Below, one piece after another: positions 1-12,960 of a DNA stretch of 64,000 nt. A model generated the notes under the pieces. It ran no database searches. It was not told the DNA's origin and worked only from the letters and a program-made list of their open reading frames with translations. The first letter of the stretch is position 1. Each line of letters begins with the position of its first letter. This DNA is from Cenococcum geophilum (taxonomy: Eukaryota): positions 25,358,001 to 25,422,000 of the forward strand of contig CP158635.1 of NCBI GenBank assembly GCA_050273025.1. Direction: 5' to 3'. Made by a program: the position numbers and the translations under genes.

Positions 1-479
1 TACTACTTTTATATAAACTATTACCAAAGCTTAGAATAAAGGCATCCCCAAAATATAAAGTTAATTCTTAGTACTAGAGCATCCTAAAGGCACCAAAGAG
101 GCACTATATAAAGCTATTCTACAAGAAGAAGAAAAGAACAAGATAATAACTTAACCACCAGCAGTAGCAATAGGAGCCTCCTCCTCCATCTTAACGTTAT
201 TATTAGCAGTATTATCAGCACCCCGATCCCCAGAAGCATTAGCACTTTCACTAACATTCTTCTTAGAGCGGCGGGAACTAGACAGGCTAGCACAGGCAAA
301 AGACCGGCGAGGAGAACGTTTATCTTTACTACTAAATCAACAAATCAACAAATTAAATCGAGGGCCTATAATATGATTGATTTGCTACTTTGGAAAGGAC
401 AATTTGGTTTAATTGATTTGCTTATAAAGCAATCAAATCAAATCAAATCAGCCTGTAGATTTGATTGTTGCTAGCTCTA
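1..479 (-). mobile_element. Terminal part of a hAT-like DNA transposon (rest lies upstream of the window)
   Basis: Ends in TTGATTGTTGCTAGCTCTA (rev-comp TAGAGCTAGCAACAATCAAA, RIPed CAGAG-type hAT terminus) with subterminal AATCA/TGATT repeats in both orientations at 330-470; abuts a coding fragment at 480. Confidence 0.6.
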
Positions 480-1010
480 GCTTTATATCACTGGAACGTT
501 ATTAATAGAGATTATAAAGGACAAGCTAAAGAACTCTGGGGTTATATTCGACTCAACAGAAACGTCCTTTATTATTATATAGACAACTTTATCTTCCCTA
601 TTCAAGCTAAATAATTTAGCGTCAAGTTACAGGCTTCTAGGTAGGATCTCCCCCTATTATTGAAATCGTAACTAAAAGAGGGGACCTCTCGTGCCAAGAC
701 AACCGGTTTTAGCAGCACAAATGATAATAAGGTAATGGAGATCAGGACTTTAATAGACGCCAGTGCCTATATCCTCGAGATGGACAATCGGACCTTTGTT
801 GGGGCATGGCTAGATATAGACACGCGAGCAAAAGGGGTTATCTATTTTGGTGCTGACAACAGAGCTTAAGTCTAGTATCGAGGAGGGAAAGAGGTAGTCT
901 CCCTACTCGCCGCCCCTTTTGCTAAGAATCTTAACGAATGCCTCGTATATATTAATAAAGCCCATATACGTAGAATAGACTTGAAGTTGCCCTAGAAAGC
1001 TCGTAGAGTC
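480..1010 (+). pseudogene. RIPed fragment of a large fungal DUF3638/DUF3645-type protein gene
   Basis: Reads ALYHWNVIN...ELWGYIRLNRNVL..YIDNFIFPIQAK*FSVKLQASR*DLPL, TTGFSSTNDN, LIDASAYILEMDN, CLVYINKAHIRRIDLKLP*KAR; de-RIPed these match family motifs TTGFSGTNDN and VYLDEAHTRGTDLKLP as I recall them. Confidence 0.8.
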
Positions 1011-1616
1011 TAGTAATCTAACTAGACTAGAGCGCCTCTGGAGCTCCACGTTGGATCCTTTCTTATATTGGATTTAGAGCTATCGATTTTAAGGCTGGAT
1101 TAGAGTGGATCTAACTCGTTTAGAGCTCCTAGAGCTCTAGTTCTATACCTAATTAGGAGGGAGGATAGGCTACTAAGGAGTTAGTACTTAGTGTTAAGGC
1201 TAAATAAAGCCAATTGTGTAACGGAACGGAGTAAGTAATACTACGGTACGTCCTGTTATTGGGCTAGGTATATAGGTATAGATATTAAACAAATCACACA
1301 CGTCGTACTAGTAGAGTATTTGCCTAATAAATTAACTCTAATTATATTCTAAGAATTACTATAAGGAAGGAACTATCTAAGGTAGGAACCGAGGTCCTTT
1401 AAATACATAACCGTACTCCTAAGAAATCCTTCTTATATATAAGGTACGTCTAGTATATAATAGGGTGGTTAGAAATAAATAAATAAGGATTAAATAAATA
1501 ATGCGTTATTTTATCTGATTTTATTTTATTTATTAGTTCTAATAAATAAAGGGTAGATATAAAGGGACACCTCCTAATTAATATACACCCCCTAATTAAT
1601 ACGCGGACACCCCCTA

Positions 1617-4600
1617 TATAACGGAACGGTATAGGGAATACTACGGTACGTCCTGTTAATGGGCCGGGTATATAGGTATAGATATAAAATAATTAATAAC
1701 TATAACTGGTAGAGTATTTGCCTAATAGATTAACTCCAATTATATTCTAAGAATTACTACCATTCCTTATCACATGGCTCTACTGGTTCTATCCTAGACC
1801 GTACTTCCATTAACTAACTAGCTGCTTCCGACTCCTCTCCTAGTAGTCGTAATATTATACTTAAAGCGTCCGTAACACTATCTCCCTCCTCTTTATCTTT
1901 ATCCTCGAAGATTCCTAATATCTCTAAGTCGTCTACTAGAGGTATAATATCCGCTTAATTAATTTAGTTAATATTATTACTTATTATACCTAAAGCAATT
2001 TCTCTTTCCTTAACTGTTCGACGTGCTTACACTATCGCTGCTATATTGTCGCTTAGTGAAATAATGCCGTCTCTGTGTTCTCGTTATGCGAAAGAGGGGT
2101 TGGTTTATATTGCGGTAGCAAGTCCTTTATCTCAATAGCCCTCTTCCTATTTAGAGTATACTAAAGTAAACGTACAATTATCCTACGACGTTCATTCTGT
2201 TTCTAACGCTAAATATTTACGTCCTATTACTCTTAATAGTCTTTAGGTTCCCTTATTAATTGCTACTAGGGTCCTAGGTTTAATCTACCGCTATAAAGCT
2301 TAATAGTAAGCTCTTAAGCGCTCTTAATAAGTTATATTATTTGTAGGAGGTGGAATAAGAAGCCGCCACTACCCAACAGCGCGCTCTTGAAGCTCGTCTT
2401 CTCGCCTCTGCTTATCATCTTCGTCTAGAACAGGTTCGTAAGAAGGTTTATTCTAAGGAGTAGAAACTTATAGAATAAGGTTTATAGGAACTTAGCGATA
2501 AAAGAACGGATTCTCTTCTAATAGAGAAGGAAACAATTCTAAGTAGTTTAGCAATCGTTCCTCCTAAGTCCCCCTTAGGTGGCTTATTCTTTAGTAATCC
2601 TTCTTTATTAATACTACCTAACCTATTTTCTTCTAATACTCCTATACCTTTCTTATAGCGTTCTTTAAGTTCTTAAGTAGCTCCTAGGTAGTCTTATTAT
2701 AGCCTATCTACTAAACTTTATACTATATTTTATTATTAATATCCTTATAACTAATAATCTTTAAAACCTACTATTTATCTTCCTCCTATCCTCTATATAT
2801 ATCTGCCTTATAGACTAGTAGCTCTATATCTCTATACGCTAGCTCTAGTATCGCGATATGCTATATAGGGTTAATCTTTATTTTCGCTAGTAAGTTAAGT
2901 CTATATATAACTTCCGAAATCTTTGCTGCGATTTTAAATAGTCCTAGTCTAACGTGGTCTAACTTCTTACTTAGTTGTTAACTCTTAAAATTTTAGTATA
3001 GTAGCTATACTTTATCCCCCTCCTTAAGATCTAGTCCCTTAGATCTCCTAGCGTCGTAATACTTAGCCATCCGTTCTTATATCCTTTTTGCTAAAAAGTA
3101 GAGGTCTTTATAAAGATTTATTAGGATCTCTATTCTTTCTTTAGCTATTAGGATCTCTATTCTTTCTTTAGCTATACTACTTATTTTCTTTACTTATCTT
3201 AGTAATAGTAATATCCTAGGTTTATATCCGTAATTTGCCTAAAATAGTAATATCTATATACCTTCTTATGGTGTCGCATTATATACAAACTATGTAACTA
3301 GTAATAGCAATACCTAATTATTCTATGCGTAATTAATATAATGCCTTAGATACTATTCTAGTGTCTAGTTTAATCTTTCCGTTTAACCGTCCGTCTATAG
3401 GTAATATGCGGTAGAAGTTACTACTTAAACCCCTTATTCTGCTAAGAATACCTCCTAGAACGCTGCTATAAATCTTAGATCTCTATCTAATATAATCTTA
3501 TTTAGTACTCTATACCTTATAAATACTTCTTTAATATAGATTCTAGCTATATCTTCTGCTAATATTTCTTCCGTGCATACTACAAAGTAGCCCTATCTAG
3601 TTAACTTGTCTACTATTACTAGGATCGCATTATACATCTATCTAGTAATAGGATCTTTTAATTTTAGCAACTTTATAATAAAGCCCTATAATATGGTTTC
3701 CTATAGTCTTTCTAGTGTTTTAACTAGGTTCAGCTTTCTATATAGTTTATACCTCCTTAGCTTATTTCTTTAGTAATCTAGATATTCTTTTATAACTTCT
3801 CTTACTAAGCCCTAGATTCCTTAAATAATGTACTCCTCCTAGAGTCTTAGCACTAAGCCCTATACTCTATTATGTCCTTATGTTAATCCCTTATAGAAGT
3901 CTCTAACAAACTCCTCTATAATTTCCCTTAGGATATACGTTACCTCTCGCCATTTATACTAGTCTGTTTCTAGATCTTTAAGCTATACTTCTTAAATCCT
4001 TTAGGTCTATTTACTCTCTAGTAACTTATAGATCTGGCTTTCTCTTATTGCTGTAATTTTTGGGTAGTTATATCTAATTAACCTATCCTTGTCCTTTCGC
4101 AATAAAGCCCCTAATAGTTTCTTATTATTTTATAATTTAGCCTTCCTACTAAGCGCATCTACTCTTATATTTTCAGTGCCTTTAGTATACTAAATTTTAA
4201 AATAGTATTCTATAAGCATCTCTACCTATCTAACCTATCTTTAGTTAAGTTCCTTTATCGTTAGGAATCCTATAAGGTTCTTATAGTCTGTCTTAACTAT
4301 AAATAGTTTTTCTATACCTTATAAGAATACTCTCTATTCCCTAAGTACTATAACTATACCTAGTAACTCCTTATTATAGATATTATAGTTTAGTTCTAGT
4401 GGTGTTATCTTTCTACTATAGTATACTACTAGGTGCTATACGTCCTAGTGCCTTTATAGTAAGCATACTCCTAGTGCAAAGTCTAATATATCTATTTCAA
4501 TAATCATATCCAACCTTAGTTAATAGATTTTGAGGATTAGATCCTAGGTAAACAATCTCTTAAGTTCCTTAAACAGCTCTCTCTACTTATTTCCCTATAC

Positions 4601-7600
4601 CTATAGTTCCTCTTTTTTTTTATAAGCCTTATAAATAGTTTAATGCTTTTTAACTACTATACTATAAACCTCCTATAGTAGTTATAAAACCCTAGGAACA
4701 ATCTTAACTGCGTAATATTCTCTAGTTCTTGCCAATTTACTATAGCCTTAACCTTTTTTAGGTCTATACTAATCTTTCCTAGTTTAATAATAAATCCTAT
4801 AAAATTAGTATTCCTAGTAAAGAACTCGCACTTTTTAATTACTACTGGCATCTATTCTTCCTATAGTTTCTTTAAAACCTATTTAATATATTCTCTATAT
4901 TCCTCCTTACTTATTAAGTAAATAATAATATCGTTAAGGTATACTATAACAAATTTATTAAGGTATTCTCCTAATATACTATTAATTCGCTTCTAGAATA
5001 TTACTGGTGCGTTTATAAGTCCGAATTGCATAACCAACGGCTTATATAGTCCTTCCTTTGACCTAAAGGCTGCTTTCCATTTATCGCCTTCCTTAATCCT
5101 AATCTAATAGTACGCCTATCTTAGATCTATCTTCGTAAAGATCTTTATATTACCTATCCTATCCTAGATTTCGCTAATTAAGGGTAAAGGATATCTATCC
5201 TTTCTAGTAATACTGTTTAACTATCTATAGTTAATACACATTCTTAGTTTTCCATTTTTCTTTAGGACGAATAATACTAGATAACCCGCTAATAACTGCG
5301 ATGGTCTAATATATCCCTTTTATAAGTTCTCCTAGATAAACTGTTTTAGTTCTCTCCCTTCTTCCTTAGTAAGCTTATATATTAGAAAGAACCTTAGACT
5401 AGTTCCTAGTTCCAATTCTATCTTATAGTCCTATACTATATACTCTAACAGTTTTTCACTTTCTAGGCTCTATAGCTTCTTGCCGTATTTATAGTATCTC
5501 TTTAGTATATAACTTAAGCCTTATTTAGTCTCCTCGTATATCGCTCCGTCTTGGTACCATACTAACTTGGTTTGTTATCGCATCTTATAGCGTTAAGTAT
5601 TCTTAATATCGACCTATTCTATAACCCAATTAATTTTTAGATTATATTCCTATAACCAAGGCATTCCTAATACTGCCTTATCTTTTCCTAATAGTAAGAT
5701 ATCAAATAATATAGTAACTTGTCTTTTTTTAATGGTTAGCTAAATAGGTTCTATTTTAAGATTAATAATACCTCCTCTATAGGCTATTAGATCTTCTAAA
5801 ATTATTACTAATAGATATAGCTACTCCTTTTGTCTATAGGGTAGCCCTATTTACTTAACTACTACTAGTAATATATAGTTCCTTATTGCTCTACTATCTA
5901 CTAGCGCTTTAAACTACTAATCTTGCCATTTAATTTATAAATTTAGGTGTCGTCCTTAAATTCCTTTAAGGGTCTAAGGCTCTACCACTGGTTCCCTCTA
6001 GTCCTATAGGCCTCCCCTTTTCCTAATTACTAACCGCTCGATTCTACTACGCTTGGCTTCTTTATTAGCCAGTGCCTAGTTCGTTTCTTATCTTTAATAT
6101 ACTATAGACACGTGTTTTCTAGGCATTTCTACCACTATCGTCTATCTAAGCATTCTTCTATCAGGTATCTTCCTAGTTAAAGTATTAAATTATTCGTTTC
6201 TTAAATGTCTACTAGATGCCAGCTATGTATATACTTAGCATTCCTATATTTCTTTTTATTAGGTGCCCACTATATCCTAGTTAGGTACTTCCGGTTTTTC
6301 ACTTTTAGTACCTTATATATTTTATAATAATTATCTATATATACAATCCATGCTAATATATAATATACTAGGTGCGTTAGGTTAACTCTAGGCTTGTCTT
6401 TATCCTTAAGTTTAAACCTTTCCCTAGGTAATCTAAACATTAGTTTCTCGTTTACTAGTACTAAGATTTATTAATCGTCTCTCTAGTCCCCTAATCTATC
6501 TTCTAGATTCTTTAACGTTATAATTAATGCTCCTTTAATGTGACTTATGCGTTTTTCTATAATAGCTTAGTCTTAAATAACTCGTTTATCCAACTATATA
6601 TAGAAATCTTCCCACTCATCGCTGTGCCGTTATCTGTACTACTTTTTATATAGCTAGTTAAGTATATACGGCTTGTCCGTAAGGAAGTATCTTATTATTA
6701 CTACGTTATAACAACCTTTAGTATATCTTTCCTTAAACCTAGTTAGAATCCCTAGATCTTCTTCCTCTTCCAGTTTAGTTCGCTATTTTGCTCTAGGTAT
6801 TCCTGCTCTAGGCCTATTAGTAATTCTTTATATAGGTACCCTATATCTTAGGTAACCTAGCATTTCTAACCTTATCTCGTGCCTTTACTATATAAAGATT
6901 CGCTGTCTAAATTCTTCTATACTTTCTTATAGCTTTTAGCTTATAGCCGGATCCTTAAAGTCCTTCTGCTTCTTAATTGCCGTATTAACTTCCTAATTTT
7001 TAGGTTAAACACTTTATTTACCTCTTATATTAGTTACTACTTATTCTCTAAATCTTGGTTTTCCATCCAGGAACTTTCGTTCTATACTCGTTCGTATATT
7101 ACTAAACTAAGTCGCTGCTCTTTCCTATTAGTTTTCGTCCATTATAGGTCCTTAAGCCTTCCTTATCTCATTCTAAGAATCTTAGGTATATCTTATCTTG
7201 CTTTAAGAATCTTAAGCCTCTCTTATCTCGTCTTAAGAATTTTAAGCCTATAGCCTTTTGCCTTTATTGAGTGGTAAGGTAGCGATATTATATAATCGTC
7301 TGCTAAGTTTACTCTAAAACTTTCCTCTTCTCCTATCTCGCGAAGTAATAGACATCGTATCTAATGGAGTCTTAATTCCTATTGTTAATTTAGTCCCTAT
7401 TACTAATTTAACCTCTACCTCTGTTATTGCGTCTTTAAGGTCTGCATGCTTCTAGTAAGCTATCCTTATTACCTTATTATTTTAATCCTTAGATCTTACC
7501 ACTTAGTAGAACTGGTGCGCGAGAACTTTCTCCGCTAACTACTAGCTTACTATACCGTCTTCGTCCTAATCCAGTTTATAGAGTCGATCCTATTCTTTAT

Positions 7601-9180
7601 CTAACTCTTATATACCTTAGAGTCCTTTTAACTCGGGCTCCTATAGCCAATAGCTTACGCCATACTTAGCGTCTTTATAAATTTAGTATGCGTTATTATA
7701 ACAAAACACGAAACTATTAATTAAACATTCTCTTGTTCCTCGCAGCATATTATTATCCCTCTATATATATATATCGTCTACTAGTCTAGTTCCCTTTACT
7801 ACGTAGTTACTCTAACTACCTTTACAGTCTCTAGTAAAGTAACCTTATTTTCCATAATTTATATAAGCTCCGTCTCTAAACTACTTTTTTTATTACGGAG
7901 TCCGCCTAAATATCTTCTACTACTAAGATCCCTGGTTCGGCCTTTACTCCTTAGACCTTTAATTACTTAATCCTTTTAGGCGCCATATTATTTCGCCTAG
8001 TCCTCTAGGTTTCTATAATTTCTTATTCTAACCTCGGCCCTCTTTAGTACCGCTTAGGTCTATTAGCTCTATACTATACTATAGTTTAAATACCTATTAC
8101 GTCTTTCTTATATAAACTGGTCCCTATTATATTCTTCCTAACTTCTTGCTTTAATACAGCCGGTTATCTACCCTAATAGCTTATTTAATTAACTCTCTTA
8201 TATCGCTTAGGTCGTCTATTAGTATTATTATACTTTAAACTTTAGCCTTTAATCCGCGTTAGTATTAAGCTATTAACGCCCCCGCGTTCTACTTAGTCTG
8301 TACTACTAGTATCTAGAACTGCGTTGTATAGTCCATTACCGATCCCCTTTACGTAAGTTAGTATAGCTTTCCTTCAGCCGTAGCTATTGACTCTAGATCT
8401 CCGTACATCTGTATTAGTCTTGCTGCGAATCCGTCCCAACTTAAGAACATATACTATGCTTCTAGGTTAGTAGTTATTAACCTATTTACTTATATCTCTA
8501 TAAGATAGGGTTTAAACTACTCTAGTACTCTACCCGTTAAGAATAATCCTGCGTACGCCACTTAATCGCTTAGTTATACTAGCTTAGTTCCTTTATATAG
8601 CACCTTTATTCTTATTTATATTAGGAACCCTTTTAGTTTATATTTCTTACCTATAAATCTTTTAATTAATGGCATCTTAATCTTTTCTCTTTTTATATCT
8701 TAGAGCTACTTAATAAGTAACTGCTAGTTATTATCCACTTGCTCTATAAATGCTTTAAGTTATACTATAGTGACTACCTATAAGTCATTATCCTGCATGC
8801 TAGTATCTCCTCCAGACCCTAAGCCTAATGTTATTGCTGCCGTAGATAGCGTCGTGACTGCTTGCTTGGGTGGCATTGTGTTAACTTACTATCTTTTACC
8901 GTAACCGTGGTAGTAATTATATAACGGAACGGTATAGGGAATACTACGGTGCGTCCTGTTAATCGGCCGGGTATATAGGTATAGATATAAAACAATTAAT
9001 AACTGTAGCTGGTGGAGTATTTACCTAACAGATTAACTCCAATTATATTCTAAGAATTACTACCATTCCTTATCATATGGCTCCACTAGTTCTATCCTAG
9101 ACCGTGCTTCTATTAACCAACTAGCTGCTTCTAACTCCTCTCCTAGTAGGTATAATATCGTACTTAAAGCGTCCGTAACA
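1617..9180 (-). mobile_element. Ty3/Gypsy (chromovirus) LTR retrotransposon B, sister family of A, RIPed
   Basis: 261-bp LTRs 1617-1877 and 8920-9180; 5-bp TSD CCCTA; gag ATG at 8876 (MPPKQAVTT), RT ~4920-5300, integrase ~3300-3800, chromodomain ~2640-2790; polypurine tract next to 1877. Confidence 0.95.
1986..2690 (+). pseudogene. Antisense accessory ORF of Gypsy B: six-Cys (Zn2Cys6-like) cluster, probable intron, coiled-coil tail
   Basis: De-RIPed MPKAIS...MMPSPCSRCAKEGLVCIAVASPSSRQPSSCSECTKANVRSSCDVRSVSDAE, then QEVEQEAATAQRRALEARLL..RLEQVRKKV; conserved in Gypsy A. Confidence 0.6.
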
Positions 9181-9689
9181 CCCTACTAATTAATTTTCCT
9201 TTCTTCCTAATTAAGTTAGAATATTACGTGAATTTAGGTTATTTGCATCTGCATTAGTACGCGACAGTTACGCGCCTATACCTAAAATATTACATCGCAT
9301 TTACCTTACCTACCCTTACCCTAGCCTCTAACTATTAAGCGCCGCCACAGCCGCCTAGCTGGCTCTATTTGCGTTAATATATTAACTTATTATAAGCTAT
9401 TAGTATTTAAATAGAATACTAGGTATACTACGCGTAGGCGTAGGCATAGGTGTAGGCGCGGGCGCGGGCGCGGGCGCAGACGCGAGCGCGGGCGTACTCG
9501 TAGAGGCAGTTTATAGACATTAAGTAGAGGCAATAGCACCTAAATAAGTTTACGCGGCGCTTTATAGGGTACTATATAATTAAGGTATTAAGAATTTAAT
9601 TTTCGCGATATATAAATAACTTAAATTCACGTAATAATCTAGTAGGGGGTATCTGCGTATTAATTAGGAGGTTAGAAAAAAAAGATACT

Positions 9690-11860
9690 GTTAGAATTTA
9701 AACCCCTAAGCCTTTCTTATTCCTCTTTAAAATCCTCTTCCTTTAAGACCCTAGTCTTATTCTAGCTCTTTAAGCATTCTATTTACTTAACGCTCTTTAT
9801 TCTAAGATTTATTCTCTCCTATAATATTATATAACGCCCTCCTAAAAAGACTCTTTCTAGTTTATCGCTTATTACTAGGATTAATAGAATTTTAATTACA
9901 AACTTTGAAAGCCGCGGCTAGCGCTTTTGTTACTATACCTACATCTACCATTTAAGTGGAGAAACTCCTATATCGTACGGTGCTTTAGTATAGTAACTCT
10001 TATACTCGTCCTAGCTTGCTAGTTAAGTAATCTTCTTATTAAACTCCTTTGTAATTCTATTAAACTTATTAAGATCTTCCTTAGACTTAGCTATAGACTT
10101 TTACTTATATAATAAAGGAATAGAAGAGTTCTCGTCTCGGTACCTCGTCTAGAGCTCCTTTACCCTTAATAGCGCAGCTTTCTACTACTCCTTCTTCTAA
10201 ACTTTCCTAATATATACTATATAGCGAAATGGGTAGAGAATAAGTATAGCGGCGTATAAAGGCGAATTATTAGTTTGCTAATAATACTTATTAAACTTAG
10301 CCTAGTAACGCTAAATTTAAGTTATAAGAACTTTATTACTTAACCTATACTACTACTATTATATAGTATTAGTTTTAGTATAAAGAAAGAAGGGAAGAAG
10401 ATATATAAGAGATAAATCTATATGCTTAATTAGTATGTCTATTGCATAAAGCACGCGGTTAAGTATTACTTTACCTCCCTATGTTTCTAAAGTCGCCCAG
10501 TAAAAAAGGTAAAGAAAATTCTTTATTATATAAAGGAGTTGCCAGTCTTATAGAGTAAGAGAGTCCTTCTTAAGTATATTTAAGTTTGCATCTATATATA
10601 CATTAACCTCTATCTTCTTAATAATTATAATAGTTAATATCTAATACTAGCTATTCTATATCGTACGATTATTAAGTAGAATCCTTTATCCTGTAAGATC
10701 TACTAACTACTTTATACAACTAGCTAAGGAGTAGGTATGCATAACTATATTATAAAGCTTCCTGAGGACGCCTATTCCCCAAAACCGCTACTCCTTCTCC
10801 TCTTTCTCCTCCTCACTTAGCTCTTTCCTATTTTCTTCTTAATCTTTATATAACTTAATTTACTAGACGTTAATTACACCCTAAAAGAGAAAAGCCTAAA
10901 TAGTAAGATTAATAACGTAACCTAGACAACGAACCTATTAGTGCGTAGGATTCTATCTAACGTCCTCTTTCTCTAGAAGATATTAACTTATTATATAACA
11001 GAGTGTGTTATTTATACTAGAGTTATTAGCAATAAGAGCTCTAATTTTTCGCGTAATCCTATATTCCTATAGTACTAGAAGTACTACGTCCTATTAATCT
11101 TCTCTACTATAACTTAAAACCGTACAAAGACTAAGAAGAGTCTTTTATAGACTCTCCTTACTATTAATAAAATAAGCGCAGACTGTAAGAAGGAGGTAGT
11201 TATTTAGAGAGGTCTAGATATTAATAGAGAGATAAATTCTTGTTAACGCAGACTAGAGTTTCTTTTATATAATATCCATTTTTAATTAGAATAAATCGTT
11301 AATTATTCTTGTAACTACGGCATAACTTAAAGGAATAACGCTCCCTAAATATGGGTTAAGAGCCTTAGAAAAAACATAGAGTTCTCTCTATTTAATAGCC
11401 CGAAAAGGAAGATTTTATACAACAATTAAGTCTATAAGGGCTTCGTCAATAACTTCCTTATTAAGAACCTTCTTAAGTACGTAGGAATTAATATCATCTG
11501 TCCCCGTTTAAGCTAATGCTTTATTATATAGTTCCTGTAGCTTAGCATTTACTACTACTTTTATATAACCTTCCTATAGAATATTAATAATTCCATGACT
11601 CGACTTTAAGTAATAGCGCATATTAGTAGTCAACGTTCTAGCATACGAGCATCGTAGACAGTACGTAAGTAAGCTGCCCTTTGCATTATATATTGCCTCT
11701 CCAGCATATAGTTCGCGGGTATGCTTGTGGATTGGCGCTGTTTTCTTACCACGGTTAGTAGTTTTAGTATTAATTAAGCCGACAGTACTTATAATAAGAG
11801 AAGAGTCCGCTTCTAAAGCTATTACTTATATAATACCTAATTAGAATAGAGAATTATAAG
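9690..11860 (-). pseudogene. RIPed hAT transposase of element B
   Basis: De-RIPed motifs HLSIDIWTSPNN, IADNSS.ND, VRCLGHVINL, DNRTRWNSWY, WAKFDKYY..TDDSPLYAA, SDKPERVFSG. Confidence 0.85.
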
Positions 11861-12279
11861 GGGGTTAGAGATTTTAGTGGGGGACGCTAAGAGATTATTT
11901 AAATTAAGCGAATAAATAATATAATAATAGATAACGATTATTTATCAGATCTTATCTAATAAGATTTTATTTTTAACTACCCTAGTATATAAGGTATATA
12001 CGTTCCCTTCGTTCTCTATATTCTATATATAGTATATTATATAACTTTAGTTACCATTCCTTGTTATATAGTTTAACCAGTTCTATCTTAGACTGTGCTT
12101 CTATTAACTAACTAGCTGCTTCTAACTCCTCTCCTAGTAGTTGTAATATTATACTTAAAGCGTCCGTAACACCATCTCCCTCCTCTTTATCTTCGTCCTT
12201 AAAATTTTCTAATATCTCTAAGTCGTCCACTAGAGGTATAATGTCCGCTTAATTAATTTAGTTAATATTATTACTTATT

Positions 12280-12960
12280 ATACCTAAAGTATCTCCTTCT
12301 TTACACGCACAACAATATACCCGTACTATTGCTACTATACTATTACTAGGTGAAATAATATCGTCTCTATATTTTTATTATACGAAAGGGGGATTAGTTT
12401 ATATTACGTTAGCGAGTCCTTTATCTTAATAGCCCTCTTTATATTTAGAGTGTACTAAAGTAAATATTTAATTATCCTATAATATTCGTTCTACTTCTAA
12501 CGCTAAATATACACGTCCTATTACTCTTAATAGTCTTTAAGTATCCTTATTAATTACTATTAGGGTCTTAGGTTTAATCTACTACTATAAAGCTTAATAG
12601 TAAACTTATAAGTGCTCTAGCTAAGTTAAAGTATTCTTATAATATAGAATAGAAGGCCCTAGAAGCTTATATCGCGGTATCTACTTAACTACTTTATCTA
12701 GAGAAGGTTCGCGAGAAAGTCTATTTTAAGGAGTAAAAACTTATAGAATAAGGTTTATAGGAACTTAGTAATAAAAGAACGGATTCTCCTCCAATAGAGA
12801 GGGAAACAACTTTAAGTAGTTTGGTAATCGTTTCTCCTAAGTCCCCCTTAGGTGGCTTATTCTTTAGCGATCCTTCTTTATTAATACTACCTAACCTATT
12901 TTCTTCTAATACTCCTATACCTTTCTTATAGCGTTCTTTAGGTTTTTAAGTAGCTCCTAG
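12280..12960 (+). pseudogene. Antisense accessory ORF of Gypsy A (homologue of 1986-2690)
   Basis: Colinear with the Gypsy B copy; retains GAG TGT ACT (ECT) where B has TAT. Confidence 0.55.

Larger units (their letters stand above)
1567..9672. mobile_element. MITE with long inverted repeats (pogo/Fot1-like ends), split by Gypsy B; about 0.55 kb net
   Basis: CCTAATTAATACGCGGACACCCCCTA at left vs TAGGGGGTATCTGCGTATTAATTAGGAGGT at 9643-9672; inner inverted match ATTACGTGAATTTAGGTTATTT / AAATAACTTAAATTCACGTAAT; central GCGTAG/GCGCGG hexamer run 9430-9495. Exact left end uncertain. Confidence 0.65.
1461..11984 (-). mobile_element. hAT transposon B inserted in the 3' LTR of Gypsy A
   Basis: TIRs TAGGGTGGTTAGAAAT / ATTTTTAACTACCCTA; perfect 8-bp TSD GTATATAA (1453-1460, 11985-11992). 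Confidence 0.92.
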
